Below, one piece after another: positions 1 through 6,794 of a stretch of 39,530 nt of DNA. The notes beneath the pieces are model-generated. The model saw only the letters and a list, made by a program, of their open reading frames with translations, had not been told where the DNA came from and made no database searches. Each line of letters opens with the position of its first letter. Position 1 is the stretch's first letter. The stretch is taken from positions 1-39,530 of the forward strand of contig WOZJ01000011.1 of the NCBI GenBank assembly GCA_011620345.1, written 5' to 3'. The DNA is from Nitrospirota bacterium. Lineage in GTDB: Bacteria; UBA2233. The translations under genes and the position numbers were made by a program.

Positions 1-963
1 GCTGACCAGCTTGCCTTTTTGGAGGATGACACCTATTTCCCGCCCGTCACGAACTACGATTGCGACGCGCTCGAGATCGAGGTGGATGCCCGAGGCTACA
101 TTCGTCAAAGGGCCACGATGCGCAAGCGTCTCCAACTCTACGACGACTATAAGGAACTATTGCGTTTCAAAGAAGGCAAGATCAAGGCGGGGGCCCCCAA
201 ACGCAAGGACATTATTTTTATGCTGACTCCGCCTCCACTCAAAAATCAAACGCTGCTTTCTTGGACCTACAAAGAAACCCCGGACGTGCGCAAGATGGTG
301 GACTGGTGGATCTACATCCCCGCCTTGCGACAGGTTAGGCGGCTGGCTACGGGAGAGCGATCGGATGGGGTAGCGGGCGGCGACATGACCTATGACGACA
401 TCGTCGGCCGGGAGCCCTTCGATGAGACCCATACCCTCCTCGGTGAGGATACCCTGCCGGCCGACGATATCATTCCCGAACCCGTAGATTGTTACGTCGT
501 CAAGGCCGTCCATACCGACCCTGGCTATTATTTGGGCAAGCGCATCGTTTGGATCGATAAAAAACGCTTCATCCGCTGGAGAGAAGAGCAGTACGACAAG
601 AAAGGCAACCTCTGGAAGATTTTCGAAAGGCGCATGGAGCCGCAAGGCAAAGACGCCGTCCTCGATCATACGAACTGGTACGACTGGAACGTCAAAAAGC
701 ACTTTAGGCAGTGGGTACGCATCTTTAACGTAAAACACGAGGGCAACTTCAAGGAAACGGAGTTCGAGCCCAATTTCTTAAGAAAAGAGTTTACCTGGCG
801 CGTGCCCGACATCGGCGCCTACCCTTACATCAAGTCTCCCAAGGACTTACCAAAGCTTCCCCCTCTTTTGGAAGGCAGGTTTCCCGGCGAGCGTAAATGG
901 GAAATTCCGGAAGAGACCAAGCGCTTGATCGAGAAAGAACGCAAGGAAGGCAAGGGGGCTTAA
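1..963 (+). CDS. DUF1329 / outer-membrane lipoprotein-sorting (LolA-like) family protein, 5'-partial
   Basis: Frame is open from position 1 (GCT GAC CAG CTT GCC TTT TTG...). Motifs WIYIPALRQVRRLATGERSDGVAGGDMTYDD, CYVVKA, YYLGKRIVWIDK and EQYDKKGNLWK are typical of this family. Confidence 0.8.
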   Translation, partial: ADQLAFLEDDTYFPPVTNYDCDALEIEVDARGYIRQRATMRKRLQLYDDYKELLRFKEGKIKAGAPKRKDIIFMLTPPPLKNQTLLSWTYKETPDVRKMVDWWIYIPALRQVRRLATGERSDGVAGGDMTYDDIVGREPFDETHTLLGEDTLPADDIIPEPVDCYVVKAVHTDPGYYLGKRIVWIDKKRFIRWREEQYDKKGNLWKIFERRMEPQGKDAVLDHTNWYDWNVKKHFRQWVRIFNVKHEGNFKETEFEPNFLRKEFTWRVPDIGAYPYIKSPKDLPKLPPLLEGRFPGERKWEIPEETKRLIEKERKEGKGA

Positions 964-1002
964 ATTGCCCCGGTCAAAACGTAGACAAGGAGGATTCCGG
1001 GC

Positions 1003-2586
1003 ATGTTCGGGGCAGCAGGCAAAGGCTTGATTGCGGGCGTTTTGCTCGCTGGTTGGGCTGGGGGTGCGATGGCGCTCGATGGCGCCGATTTTCGTCGCAA
1101 GATTGAAGAGTTTGACCCCCTTGGGAAAGCGATTACTCAGCCGCTCCAAAGGAGCGTTCCAGGGCTCGAGATGAAGGCCAACCTCGAGAACTTGACGAGC
1201 CTGAGCATCCACAAGGACATGAACCGAAACCGAAACCTTCCTTCTACGAGCTCGAACTTCCAGGGTATCCACTGGCTCATGGATCTCCAGACGACCTACA
1301 GGCTGAATCCTGACCTGAAATTCACGGTTCGAAACATGTTCCTTTACAACGCGGCCTACGACTGGAACGACGGGTTCCGGAACTCGTTCTACGATTCTAT
1401 GGACACGCTTCACTATTACAACACTATGGATCAGATCCTCAGGGAATGGTATGCCGATTACCGAATCGGGGGGCTTCAACTGCGCGTCGGGAAACAGCAA
1501 GTCTCCTGGGGAAGGGTGGATGGCCGCCAGATTCTGGATATGGTGCACGGCTTCGATTACACCTGGTACCCTTTTCCCACGATCAACCCCTTTATTCCCG
1601 TGGAGTACCAAAGAATCCCCGAGTTCATGGTAAACGCCGATTATTTCTTTAATGGCTACGAATTCCAGTTTTTGTGGATACCGAACTTCGAGCCGAGCTT
1701 CGGGCCGACAGTCTCGGGCAGCCCGTGGGAGTTCAACCCGCGCGCTTCCTCGGCCATGGACCGCTTCTCGCGCGTGTCGTTTGCGAAGGCGGACAAGCCC
1801 GCGAGGAGCTTTGAAGACAGCCAAATCGGGGTGAAGCTGGGGGCGATGAAATACGGCTGGGACGTATCGTTGCACTATCTTTGGAGTTGGTCCGACTCGC
1901 CAACGATGTTTCAAAACGTGCTCTTGTTCGATAGGTTTAACCTCCCACCCATGCCAAAGTCTTCTTTGGCCGCCTCATCAAGCTTGAATACGGGCTTTAT
2001 TCGCGATCTTTGGCCGCCAGTGCACGTTCATTTGAACCCCAAGTACACCCGGGTGCACAAGTTCGGCCTGGGCGCTGACCGCTCCTTTGACTGGCTTGGC
2101 CGCCAGTGGGCGCTCAAGTTTGAAGGCCGTTACCTTAAGGGTAAATACTACCAGGTGAGGAACTACACCCCCGAAAACCACGGATGGGACAAGGCCGACT
2201 CGCTTTTGACGGGCGTTCAGCTCGAAACTTACTTTTATAAAGACTGGACAAACATCTTGCGCTGGGACCACGAGCACATCTTCGGCTACGACGGCGATAT
2301 GCTCGATTTGCCCGTCGGCTCGCCCCTCAACCGAAACCAAGATGGCATCTACTGGACCGTGCTCAAGCCTTTCGGGTTTACCAACGACAGGCTTACTATG
2401 AGAAGCCTTTGGATATGGCTTTCGGGTGACGGGGGGTTCCGCTACGAGCCTAACGTTACCTACGAGCTCTCTGAAAAACTCACCGTTCTTTTGGGCGGGC
2501 ATCTCTACTGGGGCAAGCCAGGAGGCGTTTTCGGCCAGTTCGCAAGGCACGATGGCGTTGACTTGGGGGTACAGTACGTGTTTTAA
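1003..2586 (+). CDS. DUF1302-like outer-membrane beta-barrel protein
   Basis: AAGGAGG RBS; signal peptide (..AGGAMA-L); LREWYADY, LRVGKQQVSWGRVDG..ILD motif; alternating beta-strand pattern; C-terminal GVQYVF beta-signal; adjacent to a DUF1329-like gene. Confidence 0.8.
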   Translation: MFGAAGKGLIAGVLLAGWAGGAMALDGADFRRKIEEFDPLGKAITQPLQRSVPGLEMKANLENLTSLSIHKDMNRNRNLPSTSSNFQGIHWLMDLQTTYRLNPDLKFTVRNMFLYNAAYDWNDGFRNSFYDSMDTLHYYNTMDQILREWYADYRIGGLQLRVGKQQVSWGRVDGRQILDMVHGFDYTWYPFPTINPFIPVEYQRIPEFMVNADYFFNGYEFQFLWIPNFEPSFGPTVSGSPWEFNPRASSAMDRFSRVSFAKADKPARSFEDSQIGVKLGAMKYGWDVSLHYLWSWSDSPTMFQNVLLFDRFNLPPMPKSSLAASSSLNTGFIRDLWPPVHVHLNPKYTRVHKFGLGADRSFDWLGRQWALKFEGRYLKGKYYQVRNYTPENHGWDKADSLLTGVQLETYFYKDWTNILRWDHEHIFGYDGDMLDLPVGSPLNRNQDGIYWTVLKPFGFTNDRLTMRSLWIWLSGDGGFRYEPNVTYELSEKLTVLLGGHLYWGKPGGVFGQFARHDGVDLGVQYVF

Positions 2587-2741
2587 AGCTCTAGGGACAA
2601 AAGGTCTTGCAGGCTCCGAGCGCTTTTATGGCACATCCTGCGGGCAAGCGCTTTGTAGGGGGGGATTCAGCGGCAGCTGGAGTCCAGCTAATATAACCCA
2701 GGGGTTGATATTTGAGATATAAGTGGCGTTTAAGGCTTATT

Positions 2742-2778
2742 AAAAAGCGAGGGTAGCCCTAAGCATCGGGCTACCCTC
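2742..2778 (-). terminator. Rho-independent terminator of the molybdopterin oxidoreductase operon
   Basis: Perfect 11-bp stem GAGGGTAGCCC (2749-2759) / GGGCTACCCTC (2768-2778), 8-nt loop, followed on the minus strand by GCTTTTTA; 20 nt past the last operon stop codon. Confidence 0.8.
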
Positions 2779-2798
2779 TAGAAGGCGCGATGGATCCG

Positions 2799-3038
2799 CT
2801 AGTGAGGCAGAAGGCCGAAGATTTCGAGGAATGTTGAAGCAAGCCAACTTAGGTAGTCCATACCACCGCCGAGCGTGGCACTAAGCATCGGGGAGAGAGA
2901 AAAAGAGTTTGTGATCTGCTCTGGAAGGCCGATTAAGGCGTAGACCCACCCGCTAGCAAAATCAAACGAGGCAGGAAGTGTATCCAGCAGGTTTAGCGAC
3001 ACGTTGTTGATCAGGTAAGTGGGGGACAGGTAATCCAT
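2799..3038 (-). CDS. Small hydrophobic protein of unknown function (79 aa), last gene of the Mo-enzyme operon
   Basis: GGAGG RBS upstream of ATG; 15 nt after the previous stop; followed by the terminator; no Lys/Arg/Cys, Leu/Ser/Gly-rich. Confidence 0.7.
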   Translation of the reverse strand: MDYLSPTYLINNVSLNLLDTLPASFDFASGWVYALIGLPEQITNSFSLSPMLSATLGGGMDYLSWLASTFLEIFGLLPH

Positions 3039-3053
3039 ATTTAGATTCCTCCG

Positions 3054-3296
3054 CTAAAAGTCAATTACAGGGATAGATCCCGCCGAAGCCCCAAGGATCT
3101 GCGAAAGCTGAACCATCAACTGGCCGGAGGGAACGGCTATTGCGTTTACGAGGGGGTGCAGGCTCGAAGGGGTTAAGCCTCTGAGAATGTTAGGTAGGCC
3201 TACCCCCAGAAACGTCCCCAAGAATCCTCCTGCAAGGTTTGGCAACAACCGGCCTGCGTAGCTAGCCGATTCAAGAAGCCACGTTACGTATTGCAT
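3054..3296 (-). CDS. Small hydrophobic protein of unknown function (80 aa, MQYVTWLLES...)
   Basis: AAGGAG RBS 6 nt before the ATG at 3296, so the track's 18-aa N-terminal extension is probably not real; 19 nt after the DmsB-like stop; GGFLGTFLGVG hydrophobic segment. Confidence 0.7.
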   Translation of the reverse strand: MQYVTWLLESASYAGRLLPNLAGGFLGTFLGVGLPNILRGLTPSSLHPLVNAIAVPSGQLMVQLSQILGASAGSIPVIDF

Positions 3297-3315
3297 GTGT
3301 TTCTCCTTATGCTTC

Positions 3316-3882
3316 CTAGATGCCGATGTAGACTCTTGGCTTGAACACAATATTTGGCTTCGTCAGGCTTGGGTCTGCAAACCCGCCCTTAACCTGGCGT
3401 ACGTTGCCGTACTTGGCCAGGATCTCTTCTTTGGGGCCGAAATCTAACGCCCTCGTCAGGCAAGACATGACGCATTGGGGCTTCATCCCTTTTTCCAGCC
3501 GATCGATGCAGCCCGTACACTTCTCCATCATCGGGAGCTCGCTGGGGTTCATCGTGGCGAACTGGGGGGCGTCGTAGGGGCAGGCCGCCTTGCACTGTTT
3601 GCAGGAGATGCATTTGTCTAGGGGCAAGACAAGCCCGTTATCCTCTAGCTTGACAATATTCCCCACGGGGCAGGCCGCAATGCATGCCGGCTCGTCGCAG
3701 TGGTTGCACGAAATAGAGAGGTTGTAAACCTTGATGAGCGGGTAGATGCCCTCTTCGGGCGAACTGACCTTGCGCCACCTAGCCGGACCGAGGGCGACCT
3801 TGTTCCAATCCTTGCACGCTACAGTACAGGCTCTGCACTGTTGGCAGCGTTCCTGGTCGAAAAACCACATGTATTGAGACAT
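3316..3882 (-). CDS. DmsB-like iron-sulfur electron-transfer subunit (4x[4Fe-4S])
   Basis: MSQYMWFFDQERCQQCRACTVACKDWN start; Cys groups CNHCDEPACIAACP, CISCKQCKAACP, KCTGC..PQCVMSC..RALDFG; C-terminal TKPNIVFKP; AAGGAG RBS. Confidence 0.92.
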   Translation of the reverse strand: MSQYMWFFDQERCQQCRACTVACKDWNKVALGPARWRKVSSPEEGIYPLIKVYNLSISCNHCDEPACIAACPVGNIVKLEDNGLVLPLDKCISCKQCKAACPYDAPQFATMNPSELPMMEKCTGCIDRLEKGMKPQCVMSCLTRALDFGPKEEILAKYGNVRQVKGGFADPSLTKPNIVFKPRVYIGI

Positions 3883-3912
3883 GGTCTTCTCCTTTATAAA
3901 GTTTGGAAAGAC

Positions 3913-3943
3913 GGGCTACTCCGCAAAAGGGCGAGAGTAGCCC
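3913..3943. other. Intercistronic stem-loop between the catalytic and Fe-S subunit genes
   Basis: GGGCTACTC-CGC / GCG-A-GAGTAGCCC inverted repeat (9+3 bp, 6-nt loop); only a weak U-tract on the minus strand. Confidence 0.7.
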
Positions 3944-3953
3944 TGATCATTTG

Positions 3954-6794
3954 CTACTTTCTGGTCTTAGTGGATTGTTGTCCTTGGCTAATATAGGCCT
4001 GGACGTTTTTGTCTGCAGTCTTACCCTCGGCCTTCTCCTGGTTCCAGGTGATCCCATCGACGAACACGCCGCTTTCGGGGTTGGTAAGAGTGCTGTCCGG
4101 TGTTTGAGAAACGCCGTCAATTGCAAACGGGTAGGTAGGAGACCAAACGCCGCCATCGTTGAGCGGGTTGGCAGGGTCGCCTTGGAAGGCTGGGGCATCG
4201 GCAACTTTCCGGACATCCACCAGGCCCGTGTGGGTGACAATGTTGGCCAAGAACTGTAAAGCATGCGGCATCATCGTGCCAAGGAACTCACAATCGCGCG
4301 TGAGCGTGCTTTGGCTGCCAGTTAGGTCAACCCCTTCCCCGCCTGGCTTAGCAAAGCTCGGCCAACGGCCGTTTTCGAGTGCCATGACGCCTTTCTTGAC
4401 CCGGTTTGTCACCCATGCGCGGACCTGAACGGTTCCACGGTCGTTGAACACCTGGACGATGTCGCCGTTTTTAACCCCGCGTGCCGTAGCGTCTTCGGGG
4501 TGTATCCATACGACATCGGGCCCCCACACGTCGTCTAACAGGACATTGTTGCTCCAGGCGCTATGGCTCCGTCGGATGCTCGCCGGAGCGCAGGTCTGCA
4601 GCGGGTACGTTGCCTGTTTTGGGTCTAGCGGGCCTTCCCAGTGATCCACCCATGCGGGGATGGGAGGGATACGTATCATCATATCCCGCATGCCTGGGTA
4701 ATCGTTCGGGAGCCACCACATATCGCGGGCACTGGGCGCGCTGTGCAAACGCTCGAGCGTTTCCGAGTAGACCTCGAACTTTCCCGAGGGCGTGCCGAAA
4801 GGAACCCCGTGGTTGATCTGGGCGGTGTAGGGGCTAGTCAGTGTGGGTAAGGGCTCGTAGTGGTCCTTTTGCACCGCCTTTTCTGGATTTTTACGCATCT
4901 CTTCGACGCTCGGAAGCTTGGGGTTGACGAGCCGCTCCATGGCCACGGCGATCTTGACGACCGAGCTTGTGCTGGGGTTTCCCTGCCACGCCGTACCGAC
5001 ACCACCCTTTTGGGCAACGAGTCCCCAGATTTCCGCGTCGGGTTTCGATTCCCAGGCAGGCTTGACGAGGCCCCCATGGTAGGCGACTCCAGGGGAGCCG
5101 GAGGCCAATAGGCTCTGGAAGTCCTCGAGCTCGACCGAGGTGGCAGCAGGGAGGACGATATCGGAAATCTTGGCCGTCGCCGTCATGGCGTAGTCTATCG
5201 CGCAGCTGAACTCTATCCTTGGCTGGCAGAGCCCCTTGGTGATCTTCCCCGATCCAGGCCAGGTGTTGACGGGGTTGCCCACGGAAACGCTCGCCCGGAT
5301 GATGGGCGCCTTTTCGCCGAAAGGAAGCGGCTTATCCGGGTTGAGGAGCATTTCGCCCAAAAATACGGCAGGAACGATTCGAATGAGAAGCCCCGGCGCC
5401 GCACCCACAAACCCCGCCATCGAAGGGGTCATCATCCCCACCGTCAGGCCCATCATGCCGGCTGCGCTCTTGAGCGTGTTCAACAAGGACATCGACGGGA
5501 GCGACCCGGCGATGCCGGCCCAGTTGCCGAGCTTGCCCACGTTACCCGTGGCGATCGCCATCGTGATGCCCGCCCAGTAGTAGGAATGTCCGATAGCACC
5601 CCGGTTCGGCCCGAGCGACATCATCAACGCGGCCGGTTGTTTGGAGGCGTACTCGATTGCCAACTGATGAATCTTGGTGGCAGGGATGCCCGTGATCCGC
5701 TCTGCCCACTCGGGGGTCTTGGCGATTCCATCGGCCCAGCGGCGTACCTTGGGGTCGTCAGAGTCGGTCTTGCCCAATAAGTAGGCCTGGTACTGGTCCC
5801 AGCCGTTCGTAAACCGCTTGATGTAGTCCCAGTTGATCAAGTTTTCTTGCATTTGTGCGTTCATCATCGCAGCGAATAGGGCAGCGTCAGACTGCGGGTT
5901 AATCGGGATCCATTCGTCTACCAGGTAGCTGAAGGCATAGTTGAAGCGCGGGTCGATCCCGTATACCTTGACTCCTCGCTCCCTTAGACGTTCTCGCATC
6001 TTGGCTAAGCGGTAGGGTGTGTTGCAGAGGTAGGTGTTCGTCGTCTGGTTGCAGCCTACTAAAATCACCATGTTGCTGTGCTCGGCCACCTGACGAAAAT
6101 CCGTCAACCCTTGCCCAGTTGTCCCCATCTCGACGCCTAACCAGTCGGTTATGACACCGCCCATCGAGGTGTCGTTCAAGGGCATGACGACGGGGCCCGC
6201 CAACGCCGGAACGACCCCGATCATGCCGAGCGTACCCTTGAAGCCGTTCACCCCCATGGACATGCCGGCCGTCATCGCGTTTATCAGGACGGAGTGCGGC
6301 CCGTACTGCTTTCCGATGCGCCTTAGCTCAGTGGCCACCTTTTGGGTGGCGTAGTCCCAGCTTACCCTGCGGTACTCCCCAGACCCCCTCGGACCTGTCC
6401 GTTCTAAGGGGTATTTCACGCGGTATGGGTCGTAGACTCGGAATTTGGTCGATTTGCCCCGGACGCAGTTTCTTACTTGCGGACAGCCGTAGGCATCGTC
6501 TGCATCGCCCGTGTCGTCAGTGGCCACCCGTGTGATCCTGCCGTTCTTTACGTAAATCTTGTGAAGGCAGTTCATTCCTGCGCAGTTGAATGAATCTGAC
6601 GCCCAATAGAAGGTCTCGTCGTCGAAGGCCGGAACCTGCGCCCCTTGGGGCACTTGCGCAAACAAGCGTTTAGGGCTTGCAAGCGTTGCCAATGCTCCTC
6701 CGGCTGCTGCGAGCGCCGCGGAGGCCTTCAGGAAGATGCGCCTCGAAACGGAAGGGAGAAAGCCCTCCTTCGAAAGACCGCTTAAGGACCCCAT
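3954..6794 (-). CDS. Tat-exported DMSO-reductase-family (DmsA-like) molybdopterin oxidoreductase catalytic subunit, substrate unknown
   Basis: Twin-arginine signal SRRIFLK; QVRNCVRGKS..RVYDPYRVKYPLERTGPRGSGEYRRVSWD; IDPR, WIPINPQSDAAL, KTPEWAERITGIPA, TATAKISDIVLPA, TPSGKFEVYS, RSHS and WIHPEDATARGVKNGD..VFNDRG motifs; GGAGG RBS. Confidence 0.93.
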   Translation of the reverse strand: MGSLSGLSKEGFLPSVSRRIFLKASAALAAAGGALATLASPKRLFAQVPQGAQVPAFDDETFYWASDSFNCAGMNCLHKIYVKNGRITRVATDDTGDADDAYGCPQVRNCVRGKSTKFRVYDPYRVKYPLERTGPRGSGEYRRVSWDYATQKVATELRRIGKQYGPHSVLINAMTAGMSMGVNGFKGTLGMIGVVPALAGPVVMPLNDTSMGGVITDWLGVEMGTTGQGLTDFRQVAEHSNMVILVGCNQTTNTYLCNTPYRLAKMRERLRERGVKVYGIDPRFNYAFSYLVDEWIPINPQSDAALFAAMMNAQMQENLINWDYIKRFTNGWDQYQAYLLGKTDSDDPKVRRWADGIAKTPEWAERITGIPATKIHQLAIEYASKQPAALMMSLGPNRGAIGHSYYWAGITMAIATGNVGKLGNWAGIAGSLPSMSLLNTLKSAAGMMGLTVGMMTPSMAGFVGAAPGLLIRIVPAVFLGEMLLNPDKPLPFGEKAPIIRASVSVGNPVNTWPGSGKITKGLCQPRIEFSCAIDYAMTATAKISDIVLPAATSVELEDFQSLLASGSPGVAYHGGLVKPAWESKPDAEIWGLVAQKGGVGTAWQGNPSTSSVVKIAVAMERLVNPKLPSVEEMRKNPEKAVQKDHYEPLPTLTSPYTAQINHGVPFGTPSGKFEVYSETLERLHSAPSARDMWWLPNDYPGMRDMMIRIPPIPAWVDHWEGPLDPKQATYPLQTCAPASIRRSHSAWSNNVLLDDVWGPDVVWIHPEDATARGVKNGDIVQVFNDRGTVQVRAWVTNRVKKGVMALENGRWPSFAKPGGEGVDLTGSQSTLTRDCEFLGTMMPHALQFLANIVTHTGLVDVRKVADAPAFQGDPANPLNDGGVWSPTYPFAIDGVSQTPDSTLTNPESGVFVDGITWNQEKAEGKTADKNVQAYISQGQQSTKTRK

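Noticed and set aside
847-1914. Long antisense ORFs (355 aa here; also 157-738, 12092-12814, 29386-30051, 31574-32353, 37477-38448, 38668-39435)
   Set aside because: They lie opposite well-supported genes, lack recognisable motifs and are expected shadows of codon bias.
2759-2892. 12-nt exact repeat CTAAGCATCGGG in the terminator loop (2759-2770) and inside the last ORF (2881-2892)
   Set aside because: A single short repeat with no array, target-site or mobile-element context; plausible by chance in 40 kb.
2799-3296. Amber readthrough or pyrrolysine fusion of the two microproteins: they are in frame (TAG + 15 nt + ATG) and all four operon genes end in TAG
   Set aside because: The spacer holds a strong GGAGG RBS, in-frame spacing has a 1-in-3 chance, TAG is an ordinary stop in many housekeeping genes here, and no pyl genes are visible.
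3954-6794. Selenocysteine recoding, or naming the gene dmsA
   Set aside because: There is no in-frame TGA; active-site divergence and the missing dmsC make a specific DMSO reductase call unsupported.
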